Of a stretch of DNA of 63,669 nucleotides, positions 40,619 through 50,350 are shown piece after piece (within the stretch, counting starts at the first letter, position 1; each line of letters begins with the position of its first letter). Position numbers and translations under genes: made by a program. This stretch comes from Phycisphaerae bacterium (lineage in GTDB: Bacteria; Planctomycetota; Phycisphaerae; SM23-33). The notes beneath the pieces were generated by a model. The model did not search any database, was not told the origin of the DNA, and saw only the letters and a list, made by a program, of their open reading frames with translations. The stretch is taken from positions 1 through 63,669 of the forward strand of contig JBKHCL010000005.1 of NCBI GenBank assembly GCA_046541875.1. Reading direction: 5' to 3'.

Positions 40619-40945
40619 ATGATTATGGTTCGAGCGATTGTCCGTCCCGAGAGGGTGGACGAAGTGATGGCCGCCCTGATGTACGCGGGGTTTCCGTCGG
40701 TCACGAAGATGGACGTTTACGGCCGCGGCAAGCAGCGCGGGATGAAGGTCGGCGAGATGACCTACGACGAACTGCCCAAAGAGCTGCTGATTACCGTCGT
40801 GCGGGACGAGGACCGGGACTTCGTCATCGAGACGATCATGAAGTCCGCCCGCACGGGCTCGAAGGGCAACTTCGGCGACGGGAAGATTTTCGTCTCGCAG
40901 GTCGACGAAGCCTACACCGTATCCACCGGAGCCGCCGGCCTTTAG
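40619..40945 (+). CDS. nifI1: PII-like nitrogenase regulator
   Basis: AIVRPE, GRGKQRG, YDELPK, GDGKIFVS; located between nifH and nifD. Confidence 0.92.
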   Translation: MIMVRAIVRPERVDEVMAALMYAGFPSVTKMDVYGRGKQRGMKVGEMTYDELPKELLITVVRDEDRDFVIETIMKSARTGSKGNFGDGKIFVSQVDEAYTVSTGAAGL

Positions 40946-40968
40946 ACGCGCCCCAAAGGAGCCCACCC

Positions 40969-41373
40969 ATGAAGGAAATCATCGCCATCGTGCGGATGAA
41001 CATGATGAACAAGACCAAGCGAGCACTCTCGGAGGCGGGAATCTCGTCGTTCACCGCCCGGAAGGTGATGGGGCGAGGGAAAGGCAAGGTCGACTACCTG
41101 CTGCTGAAGGGCGCCGAAGCCGGCTACGATGAGGCGATCAACCAGCTCGCCCCGGGCCCGAAGCTCATCCCCAAGCGCATGTTGACCATCGTGATTCCCG
41201 ACGAACTGGTCGAGAAGACCGTGGAAACCCTCATCCAGGTCAACCAGACCGGAAGCCCCGGCGACGGAAAAATCTTCGTCTCGCCGGTGCTCGATGCCCT
41301 CCGTGTCCGCACCGGTGAATCCGGAAACGAAGTGCTGGACGAAGCTCAAACCCCCGCCGCCCAGGAGGCGTAA
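40969..41373 (+). CDS. nifI2: PII-like nitrogenase regulator
   Basis: MKEIIAIVRMNMMNKTK, GRGKG, PKRM, NQTG.PGDGKIFV. Confidence 0.92.
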   Translation: MKEIIAIVRMNMMNKTKRALSEAGISSFTARKVMGRGKGKVDYLLLKGAEAGYDEAINQLAPGPKLIPKRMLTIVIPDELVEKTVETLIQVNQTGSPGDGKIFVSPVLDALRVRTGESGNEVLDEAQTPAAQEA

Positions 41374-41375
41374 CC

Positions 41376-43004
41376 ATGACACAACCACCAACCCCCGAAG
41401 ACATCAAGGAACAGATTCTCCAGTCCTACCCCGCCAAGGTCGCCCGCAAGCGCGCCGCCCAGATTGTCGTCAACGAGCCGACCGAGGACCGGGCCGTCCC
41501 CGAGATCAAGGCCAACACCCGCACGACCCCGGGCATCATCACGCAGCGTGGTTGTTGCTACGCCGGCTGCAAGGGCGTGGTGCTGGGCCCGACGCGCGAC
41601 ATCCTGAATCTCACGCACGGACCGATCGGCTGCGGGTATTACAGCTGGCTGACCCGCCGCAACCAGACCCGTCCGCCCAGCGACGACGACGAAAACTTCA
41701 TGACCTACTGCTTCTCCACGGACATGCAGGACCAGGAGATCATTTTCGGCGGCGAGAAGAAGCTCGCCCAGGCGATCCAGGAGGCGTATGACATTTTCAA
41801 GCCCAAGGCGATCGGCGTGTTCTCGACCTGCCCGGTGGGACTGATCGGCGACGACGTCCACCAGGTGACCCGCGAGATGAGCGAGAAGCTCGGGATCAAC
41901 TGCTTCGGGTTCTCCTGCGAGGGCTACAAGGGCGTGTCCCAGTCGGCCGGCCATCACATCGCGAACAACCAGTTGTTCAAGCACGTGATCGGCAAGGGCG
42001 AGTCGGACTCCACCGGCACGTTCCGCATCAATCTGCTGGGCGAGTACAACATCGGCGGCGACGCGTTTCTCATCGAGGACCTCCTGGAACGCTGCGGGAT
42101 CGAGCTGGTCGCCACCTTCAGCGGTAACAGTACCTACGACCAGTTCGCCTCCTCGCACGAGGCCGACCTGAACTGCGTGATGTGCCACCGCTCGATCAAC
42201 TACGTCGCGGACATGCTGGAGACCAAGTACGGGATCCCGTGGACGAAGGTGAACTTCATCGGCGCCGACGCCACCGCCAAGTCGCTGCGGAAGATCGCCA
42301 CGTACTTCGAGGATGATGGGCTCACCGAGCGCGTCGAGGCGGTGATCGAAGAAGAGCTCGCTGCCGTCCAGGCCGCCCGCGGCGAGGTGACCCCGCGTAC
42401 CGAAGGCAAGCTGGCGATGCTGTTCGTCGGCGGCAGCCGGGCGCACCACTACCAGGAGCTGTTCGCGGAGATCGGCATGCCCACGGTGGCGGCCGGCTAC
42501 GAGTTCGCCCATCGCGACGACTACGAAGGGCGCAACGTGCTCGACAGCATCACGGTCGACGCCGACTCGCGGAACATCGAGGAGCTCTCCGTCGAGGCCG
42601 ACCCCGAACACTACACCCCGCGCAAAACCCCCGAGCAGATCGAAGCGCTCAGGGCGGCCGGGATGGAATTCAACGACTACGAGGGCATGATGCCCGAGAT
42701 GCCCGCCGGAACGCTGGTGATCGACGATATCACCCAGCACGAGACCGAAATGCTCCTGGAGAAGTACAACCCGGCGATTTTCTGTGCGGGCATCAAGGAG
42801 AAGTACGCCATCCAGAAAAACGGCGTCCCCTGCCTGCAGTTGCACAGCTACGACTACGGCGGCCCGTTTGCCACCTTCCAGGGCGCGGTGAACTTCTACC
42901 ACACCGTTGCGGACATGGTGACCTCGCCCGTCTGGGGCCTGGTGACCGCTCCGTGGCAGCGGAAGCGTGAACCCGAGCTCACCGCCGAGCTCATCAGCGC
43001 CTGA
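41376..43004 (+). CDS. nifD: Nitrogenase MoFe protein alpha chain (group II)
   Basis: P-cluster Cys (RGCCY, IGCG, STCP), QSAGHH, FeMoco ligands MCHRS and QLHSY; group II insertion after HRDDYEGR. Confidence 0.98.
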   Translation: MTQPPTPEDIKEQILQSYPAKVARKRAAQIVVNEPTEDRAVPEIKANTRTTPGIITQRGCCYAGCKGVVLGPTRDILNLTHGPIGCGYYSWLTRRNQTRPPSDDDENFMTYCFSTDMQDQEIIFGGEKKLAQAIQEAYDIFKPKAIGVFSTCPVGLIGDDVHQVTREMSEKLGINCFGFSCEGYKGVSQSAGHHIANNQLFKHVIGKGESDSTGTFRINLLGEYNIGGDAFLIEDLLERCGIELVATFSGNSTYDQFASSHEADLNCVMCHRSINYVADMLETKYGIPWTKVNFIGADATAKSLRKIATYFEDDGLTERVEAVIEEELAAVQAARGEVTPRTEGKLAMLFVGGSRAHHYQELFAEIGMPTVAAGYEFAHRDDYEGRNVLDSITVDADSRNIEELSVEADPEHYTPRKTPEQIEALRAAGMEFNDYEGMMPEMPAGTLVIDDITQHETEMLLEKYNPAIFCAGIKEKYAIQKNGVPCLQLHSYDYGGPFATFQGAVNFYHTVADMVTSPVWGLVTAPWQRKREPELTAELISA

Positions 43005-43022
43005 CCCAAGGAGATACCCCCG

Positions 43023-44405
43023 ATGCTACTTCGACATACCACCGCCGAGATCGCCCCGCGCAAGGCACTGACCGTCAACCCGGCCAAGACCTGCCAGCCC
43101 GTCGGGGCGATGTACGCCGCCCTCGGTCTGCATGGCTGCCTGCCGCACAGCCACGGCTCGCAGGGATGCTGCGCCTACCACCGAAGCGCCCTGACCCGTC
43201 ACTACAAAGAGCCGGTGATGGCCGCCACCAGCTCCTTTACCGAGGGATCGAGCGTCTTCGGCGGACAGAGCAACCTGCTCCAGGCGATCAACAATATCTT
43301 CACCACCTACGACCCCGACGTGATCGCGGTGCACACCACCTGCCTCTCGGAGACCATCGGCGACGACATCCCGCAGATCGCCGCCAAGGCCCGCGAGAAA
43401 GGCACGATCCCCGAGGGCAAGTACGTCATCCACGCCAATACGCCCAGCTACGTCGGCTCGCACGTGACCGGGTTCGCCAACCAGGTGAAGGCATTCGTGG
43501 ACTACTTCGCCGAACCACTCGAACGAAAGCTGCGAACGGTGAACATCATCCCCGGCTGGGTCGAGCCGGCCGACATGCGCGAAATCAAGACCATCGCCTC
43601 GGCCATGGACGTCGGACACATCCTCTTCCCGGATACCTCCGACGTCCTGGACGCCCCGCAGGTGGGCACCCACGAGTTCTACCCGCCCGGCGGTGTGACC
43701 ATCCCTCAGCTGCGCAAAACCGGCGCTTCGTGCGCCACCATCGCCCTGGGTCCGACCGCCTCCGGGCCGGCCGCCGAGGCGCTGGACGCCAAGTGCAAAA
43801 CGCCCTGCCACATCCTGCCGCTGCCCATCGGTCTGCAGGCGACCGACCGCTTCATCGACCTGCTCCGCAGGGTCGCGGGCGTGGAAGTGCCCGATTCGCT
43901 CACCCGTCAACGCGGACAGCTGCTGGACATGATGATCGACACGCGCCAGTACCTCCAGGGCAAGCGCGTCGCGCTGTGGGGCGACCCGGACCAGCTCGTC
44001 TCGCTCACCCAGTTCCTGGCCGATCTGGGCATGGTGCCGGCCTACATCGTCACCGGCACGCCCGGGAAGATCTTCCTCGAGCGGATCGAGCGCGTCCTGG
44101 ATGGTCGATCGCCGGACGTGAAGGTCGGGCAGGGTGCCCAGGCCGACATGTTCCTGATGCACCAGTGGATCAAGGATGAACCGGTCGACCTGCTGATCGG
44201 CAACACGTACGGAAAGTACATCGCCCGCGACGAGGACATCCCGCTGGTCCGCCACGGGTTCCCCATCCTCGATCGCGTGGGACACCAGTACAACCCGTCG
44301 GTGGGCTATCGCGGAGCGATTCGCCTGCTCGAACAGATTCTCAACGTCCTGCAGGACCGCCTCGATCGCGACTGCCCCGAGGAATCATTCGAGCTCGTAC
44401 TGTAG
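43023..44405 (+). CDS. nifK: Nitrogenase MoFe protein beta chain
   Basis: NPAKTCQP, HGSQGC, TTCLSE, TPSY, GFPILDR. Confidence 0.97.
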   Translation: MLLRHTTAEIAPRKALTVNPAKTCQPVGAMYAALGLHGCLPHSHGSQGCCAYHRSALTRHYKEPVMAATSSFTEGSSVFGGQSNLLQAINNIFTTYDPDVIAVHTTCLSETIGDDIPQIAAKAREKGTIPEGKYVIHANTPSYVGSHVTGFANQVKAFVDYFAEPLERKLRTVNIIPGWVEPADMREIKTIASAMDVGHILFPDTSDVLDAPQVGTHEFYPPGGVTIPQLRKTGASCATIALGPTASGPAAEALDAKCKTPCHILPLPIGLQATDRFIDLLRRVAGVEVPDSLTRQRGQLLDMMIDTRQYLQGKRVALWGDPDQLVSLTQFLADLGMVPAYIVTGTPGKIFLERIERVLDGRSPDVKVGQGAQADMFLMHQWIKDEPVDLLIGNTYGKYIARDEDIPLVRHGFPILDRVGHQYNPSVGYRGAIRLLEQILNVLQDRLDRDCPEESFELVL

Positions 44406-44429
44406 CACCACTCACCCGATGGCTGGGGC

Positions 44430-44462
44430 GCCCGGCGCGTCGTGCGTAGCGACGCGCCGGGC
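44430..44462 (+). other. Perfect 13-bp GC hairpin between nifK and nifE
   Basis: GCCCGGCGCGTCG-TGCGTAG-CGACGCGCCGGGC, no U-tract. Confidence 0.7.
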
Positions 44463-44494
44463 TCACCCCCGCCCACCGACCGGAAGGCAGAACG

Positions 44495-45844
44495 ATGTCC
44501 GAAATCCTCCGACAACGTCGCGGGCAGATCCACCGGACCGGCAACGACACGCCGTTCGAGATGGAATGCGACAAGCACTCGCTGGCCGGCTCGGTCTCGC
44601 AGCGGGCGTGCGTGTTCTGCGGCTCGCGGGTGGTGCTCTACCCGGTGACCGACGCCCTGCACCTGGTTCACGGGCCCATCGGCTGCGCCGCTTACACGTG
44701 GGACATCCGCGGGGCCCTCTCCAGCGGTTCGGAACTGAACCGCATGAGCTTCTCGACCGACCTGCAGGTGCGGGACGTCATCTACGGCGGCGAGGAAAAA
44801 CTCCGCGCCGCCCTGCTGGAACTGATCGACGAATACAAACCAGCCGCCGCCTTCGTGTACGGCACGTGTATCGTGGGCATCATCGGCGACGACGTCGCCG
44901 CCGTCTGCAAGGACGTCGAAGCCCGCACGGGCATCCCGGTAATTCCGGTGCATTCCGAAGGGTTCAAGGGCACCAAGAAGACCGGCTACTCCGCCGCCTG
45001 CAGCGCCCTGTTTCGCCTGGTGGGCACCGCCGACGTCTCGGACGTCTCGCCGGTCAGCATCAACATCGTGGGCGATTTCAACCTCGCCGGCGAAACGTGG
45101 ATGCTCCGCGAATACTACGAGCGCATGGGCGTGCAGGTGGTCGCCACGATGACCGGCGATGCCCGCATCGATGACGTCCGCCGCTCCCACGGTGCCGCCC
45201 TCAACGTCGTCCAGTGTTCCGGATCGATGGCGGAGCTGGCCGAGATGATGAAAGCCGAGTACGGCATCCCCTACATCCGCGTGTCCTACTTCGGCATCGA
45301 GGACATGTCGGCCGCCCTGTACGAGGTGGCTGAGTTCTTCGACGACGAAGACATCCTCGCCCGCACCCGCCGGATCGTCCATGACGAAGTGAATCGCATT
45401 TGGCCGACGCTGAACGCCTACCGCGCCGCGTTGACCGGCAAGCGGGCCGCCATCTACACCGGCGGTGCGTTCAAGGCGTTCTCCCTGGTTCGCTCGCTGA
45501 GAACCCTGGGCATGAAGACGGTCCTCGCCGGCTCGCAGACGGGCAACCACGAAGACTACAACACCCTCCGCGATCTCTGCGACGACGGGACCGTACTGGT
45601 GGACGACACGAACCCGCTGGAACTGGCGAGGTTCATCCGCGAGCTGGAGGTGGACCTGTTCATCGGCGGGGTGAAAGAACGCCCCATCGCCTACAAGCTG
45701 GGCGTGGGCTTCTGCGACCACAACCACCAGCGCAAAGAAGCGCTCGCCGGCTACGAGGGCATGCTGAATTTCGCCCGCGAGGTTCACCGCACCGTGACCA
45801 GCCCCGTCTGGGCGTTGGCCGGTGGAAGGAGACGATCCTCATGA
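44495..45844 (+). CDS. nifE: FeMo-cofactor scaffold NifE
   Basis: SQRACVFCG, HGPIGC..YTWD.RG, GTC, NVVQCS. Confidence 0.95.
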   Translation: MSEILRQRRGQIHRTGNDTPFEMECDKHSLAGSVSQRACVFCGSRVVLYPVTDALHLVHGPIGCAAYTWDIRGALSSGSELNRMSFSTDLQVRDVIYGGEEKLRAALLELIDEYKPAAAFVYGTCIVGIIGDDVAAVCKDVEARTGIPVIPVHSEGFKGTKKTGYSAACSALFRLVGTADVSDVSPVSINIVGDFNLAGETWMLREYYERMGVQVVATMTGDARIDDVRRSHGAALNVVQCSGSMAELAEMMKAEYGIPYIRVSYFGIEDMSAALYEVAEFFDDEDILARTRRIVHDEVNRIWPTLNAYRAALTGKRAAIYTGGAFKAFSLVRSLRTLGMKTVLAGSQTGNHEDYNTLRDLCDDGTVLVDDTNPLELARFIRELEVDLFIGGVKERPIAYKLGVGFCDHNHQRKEALAGYEGMLNFAREVHRTVTSPVWALAGGRRRSS

Positions 45845-47214
45845 GCGCACCGCGACACCTCAAGCCCACCGGCAGAACCTTCGCCTCGACGCGAAACGCC
45901 TGCAAGCTCTGCACGCCCCTGGGTGCCTGCCTTGCCTTTCGCGGCGTGGAAGGCTGCGTGCCCTACCTCCACGGCTCGCAGGGGTGCGCCACCTACATCC
46001 GCCGGTATCTCATCAACCACTACAGGGAACCGGTGGACATCGCCTCGTCGAGCTTCAACGAGCAGGCCGCCATCTTCGGCGGCGCGGAGACCTTCGCCGT
46101 CGGGCTGGACAACGTCATCTCCGCCTATCGGCCCGGCGTGGTCGGTGTAGCCACCACCTGCCTCTCGGAGACCATCGGCGACGACGTCCGCATGTTTCTC
46201 CATGAGTATCTCGCCGACCACCGCCACGAGGAACTCCCCGAAATCGTCACCGTCTCCACGCCCAGCTATTCCGGTACGCACGCGGAGGGCTACTTCGCGA
46301 CGCTGCGGTCGCTGGTGGACCAACTCGCCCAGCCCGGAGAACACGACGACCACGTGAATCTGCTGACGGGCATGGTCTCACCGGCCGACCTGCGACACCT
46401 CAAGGAAATCCTGACCGACTTCCGCCTGCCGGCGATGCTCCTGCCGGACTACAGCGAAACGCTGGACGGATCGGCCTGGGACGAATACCACCGCATCCCC
46501 GCCGGGGGCACGCCGGTTTCGGACATCCGTGCCGCTGGCTGGGCGAGGGCGACCATCGAACTGGGGCAGTGCATGCCCGACTCGCTGTCGGCCGGTGCTC
46601 TGCTGCAAGACAAGCACGACGTACCGCGCATCTCCCTGCCCTGGCCGATCGGTGTGCGGGCGTGTGACCGGTTCTTCGAGACGCTCGCCGAATCGGCCCA
46701 ACGCGAGATCCCCCGGACCTACACCGACCGTCGAGGCCGATTGCTGGACGCCTACGTCGACGGACACAAATACGTCTGCGACGCCCGGGCCGGTGTGTTC
46801 GGCGAAGAGGACCTGGTCGTGGGCATCGTCTCGCTGCTTGCGGAAATCGGCGTCACCCCGGCCCTGTGCGTTTCGGGCGGGAGGTCCGGGTTGTTTCGTG
46901 CCCGCCTCGCCGAGGCCGCCCCCGACCTGATCGAGACAATCGCCATTCACGACGGGACCGACTTCGCGGACATGGAGGAAATCGCCGCCGGGATGGACCT
47001 GGACATCCTGGTCGGATCGAGCAAAGGCTACACGATGGCCCGTCGGCTGAAGCTGCCCCTGGTGCGCGTGGGCTTCCCCGTCCACGACCGCCTGGGAGGC
47101 CAGCGGATCAGGCACCTGGGCTATCGCGGAACGCAGGAACTGACCGACCGCATCGCCAACACGCTCATGCAGGTCAAACAGGACGAATCGCCCGTCGGAT
47201 ACACCTACATGTGA
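45841..47214 (+). CDS. nifN: FeMo-cofactor scaffold NifN
   Basis: NACKLCTPLGA, HGSQGCATY, TTCLSE, GFPVHDR; ATGA overlap with nifE. Confidence 0.93.
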   Translation: MSAPRHLKPTGRTFASTRNACKLCTPLGACLAFRGVEGCVPYLHGSQGCATYIRRYLINHYREPVDIASSSFNEQAAIFGGAETFAVGLDNVISAYRPGVVGVATTCLSETIGDDVRMFLHEYLADHRHEELPEIVTVSTPSYSGTHAEGYFATLRSLVDQLAQPGEHDDHVNLLTGMVSPADLRHLKEILTDFRLPAMLLPDYSETLDGSAWDEYHRIPAGGTPVSDIRAAGWARATIELGQCMPDSLSAGALLQDKHDVPRISLPWPIGVRACDRFFETLAESAQREIPRTYTDRRGRLLDAYVDGHKYVCDARAGVFGEEDLVVGIVSLLAEIGVTPALCVSGGRSGLFRARLAEAAPDLIETIAIHDGTDFADMEEIAAGMDLDILVGSSKGYTMARRLKLPLVRVGFPVHDRLGGQRIRHLGYRGTQELTDRIANTLMQVKQDESPVGYTYM

Positions 47215-47252
47215 CAACCCGGCCTCGCGCCGGTCAGGAAGAGGACCCAGCC

Positions 47253-48506
47253 ATGGACATCACAAGACACCCCTGCTTCAACGAGGACGCCAAGGGAAGC
47301 TTCGGGCGGGTGCACCTGCCCATCGCGCCGGCCTGCAACATCCAATGCCGGTTCTGCAACCGCAAGTACGACTGCCTCAACGAGTCGCGCCCGGGCGTGA
47401 CCAGCAAGGTCCTCTCGCCCCATCAGGCGATGCACTACCTGCGGAACGTCGTCCGGCGCGACCCGCGAATCAGCGTCGTGGGCATCGCCGGGCCCGGAGA
47501 CGCCTTCGCCACACCGGACACCACGCTGAAGACGCTCCGCCTGGTGCGGGCCGAGTTCCCCGAGATGCTCCTGTGCGTCGCCAGCAACGGCCTGAAGGTC
47601 GCCCCGCACGTCGAAGCGCTCAAAGAGGTCGAAACCAGTCACGTGACGATCACCGTCAACGCGGTGGATCCCGATATCGGCCAGGAGGTCTGCGCATGGG
47701 TTCGGCCGGGCAAGCGACCCGTCCGCGGACTCGCCGGCGCCGAGATGCTGCTGGACGCGCAGATCGCGGCGATCCGGGCCCTGAAGGCTGCCGACATCGT
47801 CGTGAAGATCAACACCATCATCATCCCCGGCGTGAACGATCACCACGTCGAGCAGATCGCCCGGACGGTGTCCAGCCTCGGGGCCGACCTGCTCAACTGC
47901 ATGCCCCTGGTGCCGGTGGAAGGAACCGTCTTCGAGAATACCGTCGCTCCCGGCTGCGCCGAACTGGCGGAGATCCGATCGACCGCCCGGACGTTTCTGC
48001 CACAGATGACCCACTGCACCCGCTGCCGCGCCGACGCCGCCGGCCTGCTGGGTTGCGGCTCGCCGGACGCGACGGCCGAGCTGCTCGCCGAATCCGCCGC
48101 CCAGCCGTTGAACCCCTCCGAGCACCGCCCGTACGTAGCCGTGACCAGTCACGAGGGCGTGCTGGTCAACCAGCATCTCGGCGAGGCCAGGCGCCTTCTG
48201 CTGTTCGAGCAGGACGCCGACCGCCTGGAGTTCGTCGAGGCCCGCCCTGCCCCGGCTGGGGGTGGCGGCGCGAGTCGCTGGGCACAACTGGCACAGACGC
48301 TCCACGACTGCCGGGCCATTCTCACCAGCGGCGCCGGCGAGTCGCCCGTCGGGATGTTGCGTGAGCAGGGCATCAAGGTGATCGTCGCGGAGGGCATTAT
48401 CCACGAACTGCTCGAGAACATTTACGCGGGCAAGGCGATCCGTTCCCCGCTTCGAGGTCATCGCTGCGGCGCGGGCTGCGCGGGCGATGGCACGGGCTGC
48501 GACTGA
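47253..48506 (+). CDS. nifB: Radical-SAM NifB with C-terminal NifX-like domain
   Basis: HPC, CNIQCRFC, ESRPG, AGPGD, TITVN, CTRCRADA; VNQHLGEA NifX-like domain. Confidence 0.97.
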   Translation: MDITRHPCFNEDAKGSFGRVHLPIAPACNIQCRFCNRKYDCLNESRPGVTSKVLSPHQAMHYLRNVVRRDPRISVVGIAGPGDAFATPDTTLKTLRLVRAEFPEMLLCVASNGLKVAPHVEALKEVETSHVTITVNAVDPDIGQEVCAWVRPGKRPVRGLAGAEMLLDAQIAAIRALKAADIVVKINTIIIPGVNDHHVEQIARTVSSLGADLLNCMPLVPVEGTVFENTVAPGCAELAEIRSTARTFLPQMTHCTRCRADAAGLLGCGSPDATAELLAESAAQPLNPSEHRPYVAVTSHEGVLVNQHLGEARRLLLFEQDADRLEFVEARPAPAGGGGASRWAQLAQTLHDCRAILTSGAGESPVGMLREQGIKVIVAEGIIHELLENIYAGKAIRSPLRGHRCGAGCAGDGTGCD

Positions 48507-48545
48507 GACGTTCATCCACCCCCGAACCCCAACAAGGAGACCGAC

Positions 48546-48848
48546 ATGGACAAGCCAGAGTACCATATTTTCGTGTGCAACAGCTTCCGCCTGAACGGCG
48601 CGCCCCAGGGCGTGTGCAACAGGAAAGGCGCCGTCGAGCTGCTGCAGATGCTCGAGAACGAGATCGTCGACCGCGACCTCAACGCGATGGTCTCCTCCAC
48701 CGGCTGTCTGAAGCTCTGCGAGAAGGGCCCGGTCGTAGTCGTCTATCCCCAAGGCTGGTGGTACGCCGAGGTGGACGAGGACAAGCTCGACGAGATCCTC
48801 GACGCCATGGAGGAAGGCAACCCCGCCGAGGAGTACCTGGTGGGATGA
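48546..48848 (+). CDS. Thioredoxin-like [2Fe-2S] ferredoxin (nif-associated)
   Basis: HIFVC..GVC..TGCLKLCEKGP..VYP..WY; AAGGAG RBS. Confidence 0.9.
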   Translation: MDKPEYHIFVCNSFRLNGAPQGVCNRKGAVELLQMLENEIVDRDLNAMVSSTGCLKLCEKGPVVVVYPQGWWYAEVDEDKLDEILDAMEEGNPAEEYLVG

Positions 48849-50350
48849 GTCGGATCGCAGCCATCCCGCTGGTGCTGATGCTGTGTGTCGCGCCCGGCTG
48901 CGACGACAGCAACGCCGGCAACGCCGGCGACGCCGGGCCGATCACCCTGTTCGCCGCAGCCTCCACGACCGGCGCGATCACGGACATCGCCCGCGCGTGG
49001 GAGAAACACACCGGCCTGTCGGTGCGTGTCAACACCGCTGCCTCGTCCACGCTGGCCAGGCAGATCCAGGCCGGCGCTCAGGCCGATGTCTACCTATCCG
49101 CCAACCCCAGGTGGATGGACGTCCTGCAGCAGGACCGGCGGATCCAGGCGGACACCCGTCGCGACATCCTCACCAACAGGCTTGCTGTCATCGCCCCGGT
49201 GAGCGGGACGCATCCGACGATCGACCTGTCCGCCCACGCGCCACCCGCCGTGGCCGGTCGATGGGCCATCGGCGACCCGACGCACGTTCCGGCGGGGATG
49301 TATGCCGGAAAGTCGCTCGGATCGCTGGGCTGGTGGGACGCCCTGAAAGACCGCCTCGCACCGGCGGCGTCGGTGCGGGCGGCGCTGCGATTCGTGGAAC
49401 AGGAACAATGCCCCATCGGCATCGTGTATTCCTCGGACGCAGCCACCTCCTCGAAAGTGCGTCGCTTAACGTTGCTGCCCGAGGACAGCCACTCGCCCAT
49501 CCGCTACCCGGCCGCCCTGTGCAAAGGAGCACACCCCAAAGCCGAGGCGCTGCTGGCGTTCCTCTCCAGCCCTGCCGCCCGGGAAATATGGCAACGGCAT
49601 GGGTTCTCGCCGATCAACGCCCCGCCCAGCGCCGCATCGGGCAATGTCGACCAGGCCGACCGGTCGGCCGCGATGGCGGCAGCCCTCTTGAGCGTGAAAG
49701 TCGCCCTGGGATGCGTGGCCATCGTGGCGGTCCCGGGCATCGCCGCCGGCTGGCTTCTCGCGCGTAAGCAATTCCCCGGCAAGGCGTTGCTGGATGCACT
49801 GGTTCACGCCCCGCTGGTCATGCCCCCCGTGGTGACGGGGTATCTGCTGCTGATGGTCTTCGGTGCCGGGGGACCCGTGGGTCGGTGGATGGACAACGCA
49901 CTGGGGATCTCGCCGGCCTTCACGTGGATGGCGGCGGTGCTGGCCTCGGCGGTGGTGAGCTTTCCCCTGCTGGTGCGATCGGTGCGGGTGGCGGTGGAGC
50001 TGGTGGACCATCGCCTGGAACAGGCCGGCGCGACGCTGGGCGCCTCGCCCTGGGTGGTCCTCCGGCGGGTCACGCTGCCGTTGGCGCTGCCCGGTGTGTT
50101 GGCTGGTCTGGTGCTGGCGTTCGCCCGGAGCATGGGCGAGTTCGGGGCGACGGCCACCTTCGCCGGCAACATCCCAGGCCAGACGCGAACGCTCCCGCTG
50201 GCCATCTTCACCGCCACCCAAGCACCCGGGGGCGACGAGGTCGCCATGACGCTGGCGGGCGTCTCTGTGCTGATTTCCGTACTCGCGCTGGTGGCCTCCG
50301 AGCTCGTCACGCGCCGCCTCCGCGCCCGGCTGGAGACCGCCCGTGCTTGA
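48845..50350 (+). CDS. modA: Fused molybdate-binding protein and permease (ModA-ModB)
   Basis: Lipobox-like APGC, FAAAST, ASSTLARQI, VPAGMY, VYSSD, IRYP, then in frame LSVKVA, PLVMPPVVTG, AFARSMGEFGAT, TLPLAI. Confidence 0.9.
   Translation: MSRIAAIPLVLMLCVAPGCDDSNAGNAGDAGPITLFAAASTTGAITDIARAWEKHTGLSVRVNTAASSTLARQIQAGAQADVYLSANPRWMDVLQQDRRIQADTRRDILTNRLAVIAPVSGTHPTIDLSAHAPPAVAGRWAIGDPTHVPAGMYAGKSLGSLGWWDALKDRLAPAASVRAALRFVEQEQCPIGIVYSSDAATSSKVRRLTLLPEDSHSPIRYPAALCKGAHPKAEALLAFLSSPAAREIWQRHGFSPINAPPSAASGNVDQADRSAAMAAALLSVKVALGCVAIVAVPGIAAGWLLARKQFPGKALLDALVHAPLVMPPVVTGYLLLMVFGAGGPVGRWMDNALGISPAFTWMAAVLASAVVSFPLLVRSVRVAVELVDHRLEQAGATLGASPWVVLRRVTLPLALPGVLAGLVLAFARSMGEFGATATFAGNIPGQTRTLPLAIFTATQAPGGDEVAMTLAGVSVLISVLALVASELVTRRLRARLETARA

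Noticed and set aside
41376-44405. Alternative (V/Fe) nitrogenase
   Set aside because: No vnfG/anfG between D and K; QLHSY ligand context and adjacent mod genes indicate the Mo enzyme
46866-47253. nifN-nifB fusion by frameshift (the nifB frame is open upstream into nifN)
   Set aside because: nifN ends normally, nifB has its own GAGG RBS and ATG at 47253, and no slippery site is evident
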